Assembly: GCA_963748215.1 (NCBI GenBank)
Contig: CAVVHS010000002.1
Span: forward strand, 128,001-192,000
Origin: an uncultured Gammaproteobacteria bacterium
GTDB lineage: Bacteria > Pseudomonadota > Gammaproteobacteria > UBA9214
DNA: 64,000 nt
Reading direction: 5' to 3'
Under the pieces are notes generated by a model. The model had not been told where the DNA came from. It searched no databases and worked only from the letters and a program-made list of their open reading frames with translations. Shown in pieces: positions 29,065 through 38,000 of this stretch (positions are counted from its first letter, which is position 1; the number at the start of each line of letters is the position of its first letter). Made by a program: the position numbers and the translations under genes.

Positions 29065-29858
29065 TGGACATATTGCAGGATTTTTACAGGACCGGACTCT
29101 CAACAATCACCGACGTGCTGCCGATCGCCGCAATCGTCTTTGGCTTCCAGGTGCTGGTGCTGCGCCAGCGGGTTCCCAATCTCAAGAGCGTGCTGATCGG
29201 ATTTGTCTACGTCCTCATCGGCCTGACCCTGTTTCTGGTCGGCCTGCAGGAGGCCCTGTTTCCGATCGGTCGGACCATGGCCAGACAACTGACTGATCCT
29301 GCCTTTCTCAGCGCGGCAACCGGTAAATTACCGGAGTTGCGGCATTGGCAGGATTATTACTGGATCTACCTGTTCGCAGCCGCCATCGGCTTTTCCACCA
29401 CCATCGCCGAGCCCGCGCTGATCGCCGTCGCCATCAAGGCGCAACAGGTATCGGCCGGCGCCATCCGTGTGTGGGGGCTGCGCATCGCCGTCGCGATTGG
29501 CGTGGCCGCCGGCATCACCCTGGGCGCCTTCCGCATTGTCACGGGCACCCCGCTGCACTATTACATCATCGCCGGTTATATCATCGTGATCTTCCAGACC
29601 CTGTATGCGCCGCGCATGATTATCGCGCTGGCCTACGACTCGGGCGGCGTGACCACCTCGACGGTGACCGTCCCGCTGGTTGCCGCACTCGGACTCGGAC
29701 TGGCCAGCACCATTCCCGGCCGCAGCCCCCTGCTGGACGGCTTCGGTCTGATCGCATTCGCCAGCCTGTTCCCGATCATGTCGGTCATGGGTTATGCCCA
29801 GCTCAGTGAATGGTGGTCGAGGCGATCCGCACGCAAGGATCAGTCCGGAGAACAATGA
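29064..29858 (+). CDS. DUF1538 family membrane protein (paralog)
   Basis: Same motifs as the upstream gene; translationally coupled (TGATG). Confidence 0.85.
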   Translation: MDILQDFYRTGLSTITDVLPIAAIVFGFQVLVLRQRVPNLKSVLIGFVYVLIGLTLFLVGLQEALFPIGRTMARQLTDPAFLSAATGKLPELRHWQDYYWIYLFAAAIGFSTTIAEPALIAVAIKAQQVSAGAIRVWGLRIAVAIGVAAGITLGAFRIVTGTPLHYYIIAGYIIVIFQTLYAPRMIIALAYDSGGVTTSTVTVPLVAALGLGLASTIPGRSPLLDGFGLIAFASLFPIMSVMGYAQLSEWWSRRSARKDQSGEQ

Positions 29859-29902
29859 ACCTGTATTCGGAACAGGACATACTGCAAACGAGGTAAGCAA
29901 GC

Positions 29903-30253
29903 ATGCATTTCAAACTGATTATTGCACTGGTCGAGGACGGCAAGACCGCCGTGGTCATGGATGCTGCGCGCAAGGCCGGTGCGACCGGCGCCAGCGTACT
30001 CAGCCAGGTACGCGGCGAAGGCATAGAGCAGGCCAAGACCTTCTTCGGACTGAGCCTGGAAACGCAGCGCGACATGCTAATGTTCCTGGTCGAGGAACAT
30101 ATGAGTCGTGAGATCCTGGAAAAGATTGCCGAGATCGGTGATTTTGAGGCCCATCCCGGCACCGGTATCGCCTTTCAGCTCGATGTCGAGGACGCCGTCG
30201 GTGTCAACCGTCAGGTTATCAAGTTGCATAAAGCGGTGGAGGACAAGCTATGA
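29903..30253 (+). CDS. PII-like protein
   Basis: MHFKLIIALV..AGATGA..RGEG..PGTGIAF..VEDAVG PII-fold pattern. Confidence 0.85.
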   Translation: MHFKLIIALVEDGKTAVVMDAARKAGATGASVLSQVRGEGIEQAKTFFGLSLETQRDMLMFLVEEHMSREILEKIAEIGDFEAHPGTGIAFQLDVEDAVGVNRQVIKLHKAVEDKL

Positions 30254-30666
30254 GTGAACAGGAACAGGAACAGGAACAGGAACCGGTACGCGTCAGGGAT
30301 GTCATGACCAGTCATTTCCAGCTGGTCGATGGCCTGATGATGGTCGAAGAGGCACTGGGAATGATGAAAGAGAACGACTCGCGGGTACTGATCGTCGACA
30401 AACGCCATACCAATGATGAATTCGGCATCGTGCTGCTGTCAGACGTTGCACGCGAAGTGCTCTCCGCCAATCGCTCACCCGAGCGTGTCAACGTCTACGA
30501 AGTCATGTCCAAGCCGGTGGTCAGTGTCAATCCCGATATGGATATACGCTATTGTGCGCGCCTGTTTCACCGGCTCGGGTTTTCCTACGCACCTGTCATC
30601 GATGGCAACAGTGTGCTGGGTATCGTGGGCTACGCCGACCTGGTGCTGAGCGGGCTAGTCAAGTAA
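30250..30666 (+). CDS. CBS domain protein
   Basis: VRDVMT and VYEVMSKPV CBS pair. The N-terminus has a (GAACAG)4 microsatellite encoding EQ repeats. Confidence 0.85.
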   Translation: MSEQEQEQEQEPVRVRDVMTSHFQLVDGLMMVEEALGMMKENDSRVLIVDKRHTNDEFGIVLLSDVAREVLSANRSPERVNVYEVMSKPVVSVNPDMDIRYCARLFHRLGFSYAPVIDGNSVLGIVGYADLVLSGLVK

Positions 30667-31236
30667 CGTCAGCACCTGCTGGATGGCTTTTTTCAACGTA
30701 GCGCGCGGGAACTGCGCCTTGCCCATCACATTCATGCCGGCCATGACGGTGGCGATGGTGGTTGCGGTAGCCGCCGCATCCACACCGGCGGGCAGCTCAC
30801 CGCGCTTTCTGGCTCGCGTAATGCGTTGCTGCAATCCCTGCCGGAGTTCCTGCATCGACTGCTCCAGCGATGCGCGCGATGCCGCGTCGTGCTGGCCGCT
30901 TTCCAGCACCGACAGAACCACCAGGCAACCGCCGGGATACTGTTCATCGTAATTGACGTCAAGCGCCGCGTTAAGCAGGCGTGATATACCCTCGCGAATG
31001 TCCGGCACACTGTCCATGGCAGTAAACAGCGATGCCATGACGGATTCCTTGTAGCAGGCGAGCACCCGCTCGAACAGCGCGCGCTTGTTGCCGAAGGCGT
31101 TGTAGAGACTGGTGCGCCCCAGCCCTGTCGCCTGTTCCAGGTCCAGGATGGATGTCCCCTCGTAGCCCTTTTCCCAGAATACCAGCATCGCAGCCAGCAG
31201 CACCTGTCGTTCATCGAATTGTTTCGTTCTTGCCAT
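30655..31236 (-). CDS. TetR/AcrR family regulator
   Basis: FWEKGYEGTS..SLYNAFGNKRALF HTH motif and GGCLVV. Confidence 0.92.
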   Translation of the reverse strand: MARTKQFDERQVLLAAMLVFWEKGYEGTSILDLEQATGLGRTSLYNAFGNKRALFERVLACYKESVMASLFTAMDSVPDIREGISRLLNAALDVNYDEQYPGGCLVVLSVLESGQHDAASRASLEQSMQELRQGLQQRITRARKRGELPAGVDAAATATTIATVMAGMNVMGKAQFPRATLKKAIQQVLTLLD

Positions 31237-31268
31237 GCGCGTACCAATATCACTATCTGCAAAAATAC

Positions 31269-31341
31269 TATACCAAACAGTACAAAATTACTTGACAGCA
31301 TTAGAATTATTGCATATACACATATTGTACTGTTCGTTACA
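31269..31341. promoter_or_regulatory. Divergent promoter with two candidate TetR operators
   Basis: TATACCAAACAGTACA (31269-31284) and TGTACTGTTCGTTACA (31326-31341) are inverted copies of one motif. TTGACA-N17-TATACA lies at 31292-31320. Confidence 0.65.
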
Positions 31342-31361
31342 TTTACACTCTGGAGGCCATT

Positions 31362-31592
31362 ATGAACGTTGCCACAGAAAAACTCGATGCCCGCGGACTC
31401 AACTGCCCGCTACCCATCCTGCGCACACGCAAGGCGTTGAACTCGCTTGCCAGCGGCGCGCTACTGGAAGTCGTTACCACCGACCCGGGCGCCGTCAAGG
31501 ACATGAGCGCGTTCTGCTCGCAAACCGGCAATCGTCTGGTTTCGAGCACGGAAGCGGACAATAGCTTCATCTTCCTGATCGAGAAGGCCTGA
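31362..31592 (+). CDS. tusA: TusA family sulfur carrier
   Basis: LDARGLNCPLP and DPG motifs. Confidence 0.92.
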   Translation: MNVATEKLDARGLNCPLPILRTRKALNSLASGALLEVVTTDPGAVKDMSAFCSQTGNRLVSSTEADNSFIFLIEKA

Positions 31593-31632
31593 ACCCGCCC
31601 GGACTGCCGCAAACACACAGGAGAACATACTC

Positions 31633-32247
31633 ATGTCAACGACTGCCGAGACTGTAAGAGATAGCGCGATGCTGGATGCGTGGCTTGACAAGAAACTGGA
31701 CGAACTGTTGCCGAAAAAGCTGGAAGAGATCGACGCCTCCCGCACCCCGTCCATGGCCATCATCGCCACCAAGGGCACACTCGACTGGGCCTACCCGCCC
31801 TTCATCCTCGCCTCCACCGCCGCGGCGCTGGGCTGGGACGTCACCATCTTCTTCACCTTCTACGGCCTGCTGCTGCTGAAGAAGGATCTCACTGCGCAGG
31901 TCAGCCCGCTGGGCAACCCGGCCATGCCGATGAAGATGCCGTTCGGACCGAAGTGGTTCCAGAACTTCTCCTGGCCCATGCCCAACCTGCTCATGGCCGG
32001 CGTGCCGGGCTTCGAGAAGGTTGCCACCGGGCTGATGAAGAAGACTTTCAAGAACAAGGGTGTCGCCACCGTCGAGGAACTGCGCGGCCTGTGCCTCGAG
32101 GCCGATGTGAAAATGGTTGCCTGCCAGATGACGGTCGACGTGTTCGGCTTCAACTCCAGCGACTTCATCCCGGAGGTCACCGACTACGTCGGCGCCACTT
32201 CCTTCCTGCCCGTCGCGCAAAAATCCGACGTCTGCCTGTTTATCTGA
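31633..32247 (+). CDS. dsrE2: DsrE2-type sulfurtransferase (DsrE/DrsE family)
   Basis: TKGTLDWAYPPFILAST, FFTFYGL and ACQMT motifs. Confidence 0.88.
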   Translation: MSTTAETVRDSAMLDAWLDKKLDELLPKKLEEIDASRTPSMAIIATKGTLDWAYPPFILASTAAALGWDVTIFFTFYGLLLLKKDLTAQVSPLGNPAMPMKMPFGPKWFQNFSWPMPNLLMAGVPGFEKVATGLMKKTFKNKGVATVEELRGLCLEADVKMVACQMTVDVFGFNSSDFIPEVTDYVGATSFLPVAQKSDVCLFI

Positions 32248-32301
32248 CAGCGAACGGCGTGAGCTATGGCGAAGGGGATGCGCTGCCGGACCGGTGGCGC
32301 A

Positions 32302-33138
32302 TCAGGCGGCGCGATCGAGACGCACCGAATCGGGCAGCGTAATCTCCATCTCCACGGGCAGGTGGTCGGACAGTGAAAAATTCAACGCCCCGACACGATC
32401 CACCTGCAACGTGGGGGTCACCAGGATGTGATCGATGTTGTGCTGTGGTCGCCAGCTGGGGAAGGTGTCCATACCGTGAAACGGCTCGCGCATCAGCGTG
32501 CGGTTGATCAGGTATTCCATCTCGGCACTGTCTGACTGGCAGTTCATGTCACCCATCAGGATCACGTGCCGGTACTCGTTGACGATTTCGCTGATGTAAT
32601 CGAACTGCATCATGCGCGTGCGCCGGCCAAGCGCGAGATGCAGGATCAGCACCACCAGCGACTCCTGCTGCGTACCGTAGCGGATAAACATCACGCCGCG
32701 CCCCGGGATCCTGCCCGGCAGGCGGTGTTCAACGATCTCGGCAGGGTGATAGCGGCTCAGCAGGCCCGTGCTGTGTCGTGCCAGCCGGCCGATGCGCCGG
32801 TTGGTCTGGTCGTACCAGAACGGCATGCCCGATTTTTCACTCAGGTATTCGGTCAGGTTGATATAGCCGCTGCGGATGCTGCCGGCATCGAGCTCCTGCA
32901 GACCGACAATGTCATAGCCCCGGACCAGTTGTGCAATCCGGTCCAGATTGTGAAAACGCTGCGCGTGGGGCAACACGTGTTTCCAGCTGTGCGTGAAGTA
33001 ATGCCGGTAGCGGTGCGTACGTATGCCCGCCTGAACGTTGTAACTCAACAGGCGGATTTTTTGTCCCATTTCAGCATCCAGATCGAATGATGTCCCGATT
33101 GCGGCCCTTTCCTGCCGGGGTGTTATCAGGTCGGACAT
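32302..33138 (-). CDS. Endonuclease/exonuclease/phosphatase family protein
   Basis: SYNVQ, GLQE, GDMN, IDHI and SDHLP motifs. Confidence 0.88.
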   Translation of the reverse strand: MSDLITPRQERAAIGTSFDLDAEMGQKIRLLSYNVQAGIRTHRYRHYFTHSWKHVLPHAQRFHNLDRIAQLVRGYDIVGLQELDAGSIRSGYINLTEYLSEKSGMPFWYDQTNRRIGRLARHSTGLLSRYHPAEIVEHRLPGRIPGRGVMFIRYGTQQESLVVLILHLALGRRTRMMQFDYISEIVNEYRHVILMGDMNCQSDSAEMEYLINRTLMREPFHGMDTFPSWRPQHNIDHILVTPTLQVDRVGALNFSLSDHLPVEMEITLPDSVRLDRAA

Positions 33139-34757
33139 ACCAGGGATCCCAATTGCTCCGTGAGTTTGACATTCTCCCGGTAATCGACCGGGCAATCAAT
33201 GATGCTTACCGTGTCGTTGGCAAGCGCTTCCTGCAGTATGTTCGGCAACTCTTCCGTCCTCTGAACCCGGTACCCCTTCGCACCGAAGGCCTCGGCATAT
33301 TTTACGAAATCCGGGTTGCCGAAGTGTACATTAGATATTCGCTTGAACTGGTTCATCTGCTTCCATTCGATCAGGCCGTAGCTGCTGTCGTTCCAGATCA
33401 GGATCACGATCGGCAGGCGGTTGCGGATCGCCGTCTCGATTTCCTGGGAATTCATCATGAAACCGGCATCGCCGGTCACTGCGACGATATTGCGTTCAGG
33501 ATACGCCAGCTTGGCGGCGATAGCACCGGGTACCGCGATCCCCATGCTGGCGAAGCCGTTGGAAATGATGCAGGTGTTCGGATACTCGCAGCGGAACATG
33601 CGCGCCATCCACATCTTGTGGGCACCGACATCGCACACCACGATGTCCTCCAGCTTCAGCGCAGTGCGCAGGTCCCAGATGATCTTCTGCGGCTTGACCG
33701 GAAAATCAATATCGTCGCGGTGCTGGTTCATCTCTTCAACCAGGCGTTCGCGCAGGGGACGGATGTGGGCACCTTCATGGGGTCTTGCACGGTCGGCAAT
33801 GCGCTGCAGGCTGTGCCCGATATTGCCGGTCACGCCGACCCTGACCGGGTAGTGCGCATCGACCTCGGCCGGGGCGTTGTCGATATGGATGATGCTGCGG
33901 TCGCGCGACGGATGCCACAGGTAGGGATGGTACTCGACCAGGTCATAGCCGACGCAGATCACCAGGTCGGCGCGATCGAAGCCGCAGCTGATGTAGTCAT
34001 TGGCCTGCAGTCCGGCACTGCCCAGCGCACAGGGATGGCGGAACGGGATCACCCCCTTGGCCATGAAGGTGTTGGCGACGGGGATGTTCAGCCGCTCGGC
34101 GAACTCGGCGAGCTGGTGCCAGGCCCGCGCACGCACCACGCCGTTGCCGGCCAGGATGATCGGATTTTGCGCGGCACTGATCAGGGTCGCGGCCTGCTCG
34201 ACCTTTTCGGCCGGCGGCTCCGCCTCCGGCGACCGGCTGACCGGCAGCGGCGCGGCATCGATCTCCATCCCGGCGATATTTTCCGGGAACTCGATAAAGG
34301 TCGCGCCCTGTTTGGGTGTGAGCGCCACCTTGAAGGCCTTGCGCACCACCTCGGGAATGATGTCGGGCTCGAGCAGGCTGGCGGTATATTTGGTTACCGG
34401 CTCGAAGATGCGGGTCAGGTCCAGCACCTGGTGCGACTCCTTGTGCAGGCGCGTGGTAGCGGCCTGCCCGGCGATCGCCACCAGCGGGGCATGGTCCATG
34501 TTGGCATCGGCCACGCCGGTCAGCAGGTTGGTGGCGCCGGGGCCGAGCGTGGCCAGGCAGACGCCGGCCTGTTCGGTCAGGCGTCCGTAGACATCGGCCA
34601 TGAAGGCCGCGCCCTGTTCGTGGCGCACGGTGATGAACCGGATGGAGGAGTCCAGCAGGGCATCCATCACGTCGAGGTTTTCCTCGCCGGGAATACCGAA
34701 AACGAATTTAACTCCCTCGTTTTCCAGGCAGCGGACGAACAGCTCGGCGGCTTTCAT
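33126..34757 (-). CDS. Acetolactate synthase large subunit-like TPP enzyme
   Basis: FGIPGEE, RHEQGAAFMA and GDAGF..N TPP motif. Confidence 0.9.
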   Translation of the reverse strand: MKAAELFVRCLENEGVKFVFGIPGEENLDVMDALLDSSIRFITVRHEQGAAFMADVYGRLTEQAGVCLATLGPGATNLLTGVADANMDHAPLVAIAGQAATTRLHKESHQVLDLTRIFEPVTKYTASLLEPDIIPEVVRKAFKVALTPKQGATFIEFPENIAGMEIDAAPLPVSRSPEAEPPAEKVEQAATLISAAQNPIILAGNGVVRARAWHQLAEFAERLNIPVANTFMAKGVIPFRHPCALGSAGLQANDYISCGFDRADLVICVGYDLVEYHPYLWHPSRDRSIIHIDNAPAEVDAHYPVRVGVTGNIGHSLQRIADRARPHEGAHIRPLRERLVEEMNQHRDDIDFPVKPQKIIWDLRTALKLEDIVVCDVGAHKMWMARMFRCEYPNTCIISNGFASMGIAVPGAIAAKLAYPERNIVAVTGDAGFMMNSQEIETAIRNRLPIVILIWNDSSYGLIEWKQMNQFKRISNVHFGNPDFVKYAEAFGAKGYRVQRTEELPNILQEALANDTVSIIDCPVDYRENVKLTEQLGSLVCPT

Positions 34758-34793
34758 GCCGTCATGCGCCACGCACCAGCCGGCACTTGCCTG

Positions 34794-35462
34794 TCACTGC
34801 GGTGCGGCACTTGCGGTTGCGGGCTCGGCAGTCGCCAGCCTTTCCAGCTCCACCAGGTAATCAACCACGGCCATGACACCCTCGTTGCCGTTTGTCACCA
34901 TGCTCGGGCCGGTGCTGTACTTGCCGTTGACGATCAGCGTGGGTACGCCGGTAATGGCATAGCGGCGCGTCATCAAGCGCGCATTGTTAACCTTGACGGC
35001 AACGGCGAAAGAATTGAAAGTCTTGTTGAAATCCGCGGCCGATACACCCTGCTGCATGAAAAAGGCACGCAGTATGTCTTCATTCTTGATCTTGTTGTTC
35101 TGCTCGTGGATCGAATCGAACAGTGCGCGGTGGGTCTTGTCCAGCACGCCCAGCAGCTCGGCGGTGTAATAGCCCTTCGCCAGCAATTCCCAGCCGCCGC
35201 CCAGGATAGCGGGCATACGCACGAACTCAACATCGTCCGGCTTGGATTTAAGCCAGTTCTCCATGAACGGTTCCAGGTGATAGCAGTGCGGGCAGCCATA
35301 CCAGAACAGTTCGACCACCTCGATCCTGTCGCTGCTGGACGTGGGCTGGGGATTGGCCAGCTTCGTGTATTCCTTGCCTTCCACAAAGTTCTCGGCCGCG
35401 CACGCGCTCAGCGCATAGAACGGGATGAGCAGGATAATCAAGCAACGGGACAGGATCTTCAT
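34794..35462 (-). CDS. dsbA: Thiol:disulfide interchange protein
   Basis: Signal peptide, CPHC and GVPT..VNGKY. Confidence 0.93.
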   Translation of the reverse strand: MKILSRCLIILLIPFYALSACAAENFVEGKEYTKLANPQPTSSSDRIEVVELFWYGCPHCYHLEPFMENWLKSKPDDVEFVRMPAILGGGWELLAKGYYTAELLGVLDKTHRALFDSIHEQNNKIKNEDILRAFFMQQGVSAADFNKTFNSFAVAVKVNNARLMTRRYAITGVPTLIVNGKYSTGPSMVTNGNEGVMAVVDYLVELERLATAEPATASAAPQ

Positions 35463-35826
35463 ACCACCAACTCCTTATATTAAATTGTTTGCGACATTAC
35501 CGTGGTTCAGGGGCCACCGACAACTCGCCGCCGAAATGCAGCCCGCACAGTAATATACTAACGCCGGACACGGCGAAAAGGGTGACGGACGCTGCCCGGC
35601 ATGGCGCAGCACTCGGCGCCGGCGAATACCGCCCACGGCTGGCTGTAAACCGCTGGCACTGGCGATGTCCCTGGCGAGTACTCCCTGCTGTGACAGAACG
35701 TCATGCGAGGAAAAAGACAACGCTGGCTGCAATCAGTTCCGCCTGGCGTCTAGCGCCGGGCATGCCGCTGCGCGGGGATTCCGCAGCAACAGGCAGCAGA
35801 ATCCCCGGGGAAGGCTGGAATTTCGG

Positions 35827-36447
35827 TCAGTGCAGTCCCTGGATGTAGTTGGCGACCGCGCGCATTTCCTTGTTGGTCATGCGCGATGCCAGGATCTGCA
35901 TCATTTTCTTGGCATTCTCGTTGACGCGTCTGCCCTCGGCAAAGCCGTGCAGCTGGTTTTCGGTATACTGGGCGTGCTGGCCGCGCAGCGCCGGGTACAG
36001 GGCGGCCGGGTTGCCGGCGCCATCCGGACCGTGGCAGCCCATGCAGGCCGCAACGCCGCTGACCGGGTTGCCGGCACGGTAAATGCGCTGGCCCAGCGCG
36101 AAAAATTCGGGATCGGAATCATCGGCAGCACCGATCTTGGCCTTCTGGCTGGCATAGTAAGCCGCCACATCCTCGCGGCCCTGCGCGTCCAGCACGGAGG
36201 CCATCGGCTTCATGGTCACGTTCTCGCGTTCACCGGCCTCGAAGTACGACAGCTGCTTGACCAGGTAGTCCGCATGCTGTCCGGCCAGCTTCGGCCATTC
36301 CGGGTTGATGCTGTTGCCGTCCACACCGTGGCAGGCCGCGCATTGGGAAGACTTTTCCTTGCCCGCGACCGGATCGCCCGCGGCGTGGGCCGCCTGCCAT
36401 CCACAGCTAGCAAGCAAAGTGATTGTAACTGCAAGCCAATTCTTCAT
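35827..36447 (-). CDS. Diheme cytochrome c4
   Basis: Signal peptide, CAACHG..PKLAGQ and CMGCHG..PALRGQ; divergent from engB. Confidence 0.92.
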   Translation of the reverse strand: MKNWLAVTITLLASCGWQAAHAAGDPVAGKEKSSQCAACHGVDGNSINPEWPKLAGQHADYLVKQLSYFEAGERENVTMKPMASVLDAQGREDVAAYYASQKAKIGAADDSDPEFFALGQRIYRAGNPVSGVAACMGCHGPDGAGNPAALYPALRGQHAQYTENQLHGFAEGRRVNENAKKMMQILASRMTNKEMRAVANYIQGLH

Positions 36448-36664
36448 TTCAATCCTGCTCCTGTATGCTCCTGCGGTATGCGTGCAGGCACTGCGCCGGC
36501 CGAGTATATGCTGTCCCGGGTCGCGGCCGAAAAGGGCTCCTTTTATACCCGCCAGCGCCCGGCGGGTCAACCGCAAGATAGTGGTACCCGGCAGCTAAGC
36601 GGATAAAAACAAAGACACTTTCCATATGCATTCAAGTCACGTCTAATGCGCCCGGGACACTATT

Positions 36665-37288
36665 ATGAACAACCGTTATCAACAGACACACTTCCTGCTC
36701 GGGGCACCGGATGTCCAACGCGCGCCGCCGGACACCGGGGCCGAGGTCGCCTTCGCCGGGCGCTCCAATGCCGGTAAATCCAGCGCGCTCAATACCCTGA
36801 CCGGGCAGCGCGCCCTGGCACGCATCAGTAAGGCACCCGGGCGCACCCGCGAAATCAATTTTTTCCAGGTCGCGGACGACCGGCGACTCGTCGACCTGCC
36901 CGGCTACGGTTACGCGAAGGTCGCGCGCTCCGTCAAGGAACAATGGCAGCAGGGCATCGCCCGCTACCTGGAAACGCGAGAATCCCTGTGTGGCGTCGTG
37001 CTGCTGATGGATGTCCGTCACCCGCTCAAGGACAGTGACCGCCAGGTGCTGGGCTGGTGCCACATGGCCGGACTGCCTACCCACGTCCTGCTCACCAAGG
37101 CCGACAAGCTCAAGCGCGGGCCAGCCCAGTCCACGCTGCTGCAGGTGCGCCGGCAACTGGAATCGCTGCACCCGCAGGCCTCGTTGCAGCTGTTCTCCTC
37201 GCACAGCCGCACCGGCTGCGAGGATCTCAGGGCGTTGCTGGACCGCTGGCTCGGATTCGAGCAGGACGAACAGGATCAGCAGACGTGA
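36665..37288 (+). CDS. engB: Ribosome biogenesis GTPase YihA/EngB
   Basis: GRSNAGKSS, DLPGYG and TKADK motifs. Confidence 0.95.
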   Translation: MNNRYQQTHFLLGAPDVQRAPPDTGAEVAFAGRSNAGKSSALNTLTGQRALARISKAPGRTREINFFQVADDRRLVDLPGYGYAKVARSVKEQWQQGIARYLETRESLCGVVLLMDVRHPLKDSDRQVLGWCHMAGLPTHVLLTKADKLKRGPAQSTLLQVRRQLESLHPQASLQLFSSHSRTGCEDLRALLDRWLGFEQDEQDQQT

Positions 37289-37680
37289 GACGTGAAGAGA
37301 AGTGAAGAATGACCACGGAAATATAAATGCAGGACATTTTTTGTAGGGGCGCATCTCATGCGCGATATAAATGGCCACGGAACCACACGGAAGAACACGG
37401 AAAAAAGACAGGGTGTAGGGTGCACTCTGTGCACCATTACGTGAGACGTGAGACGTGAAGGAATTGAAGAATGGCCACGGAATCCACGCAAGACCACGGA
37501 AATATAATGCAGGACGTTTTTTGTAGGAGCGCATCTCATGCGCGATATAAATGGCCACGGAACCACACGGAAAAAAGACAGGGTATAGGGTGTACTCTGT
37601 GCACCATTACGTGAGACGTGAGTGTAAATACCTGCACTGAACCGGCGTCAAGCTTTTCGTTTCACCTTTCACGCTTCACG
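37282..37680. repeat. Composite tandem repeat (about 170-bp unit x2) containing REPs, heptamer and CACGGAA sub-repeats
   Basis: REP copies at 37343-37365 and 37523-37545, (GTGAGAC)n blocks, CCACGGAA units and a GTAGGGTGCACTCTGTGCACC hairpin. Confidence 0.9.
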
Positions 37681-37690
37681 ATTTCAGTAT

Positions 37691-37730
37691 AAAAAAAGCC
37701 CGGCAGAACGGGGGAGGTTCGCCGGGCTTT
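37691..37730 (-). terminator. Rho-independent terminator
   Basis: AAAGCCCGGC-GAAC-CTCCCCC-GTTC-T-GCCGGGC-TTTTTTT. Confidence 0.85.
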
Positions 37731-37804
37731 CGAATGGCCGATCCTTGCGGATCGGTTGGAGGATTCGTCGCCCAGGGAGGGGAGCGAGCAGTACGCCTCC
37801 GTGC
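37691..37804 (-). ncRNA. Candidate sigmaE-dependent sRNA in the polA-engB intergenic region (ErsA/sX13-like position)
   Basis: Bounded by a sigmaE-type promoter and an intrinsic terminator, with three hairpins, two of them with C-rich loops. Confidence 0.65.
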
Positions 37805-37808
37805 TAGG

Positions 37809-37836
37809 TGTGACTCGACTCGTTGAAAAAAGTTCC
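37809..37836 (-). promoter_or_regulatory. sigmaE/AlgU-type promoter
   Basis: GGAACTT-N16-TCACA on the minus strand. Confidence 0.7.
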
Positions 37837-38000
37837 GGGTCGGGAGACAAAATGGCAGTGGCGCGGCGGTGTTCCTGGGCAAGGCCTGCGCGATCCGGGG
37901 GAAATCAGTAAATTTGCCGTACTATAAATTTAGTCAATTCTCTATAATAATAGATTATTGTTTGTTATTGAATAAGTTATTATCTGGCCGAGGGGCTGCA

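Noticed and set aside
33087-35483. 798-aa plus-strand ORF (also 4627-6252, 38811-40739 and 46934-48577)
   Set aside because: These are antisense shadow ORFs of well-supported genes, expected in high-GC DNA, and show no motifs.
36632-37558. 308-aa minus-strand ORF with internal repeats
   Set aside because: It is a translation of the non-coding repeat block plus the antisense of engB.
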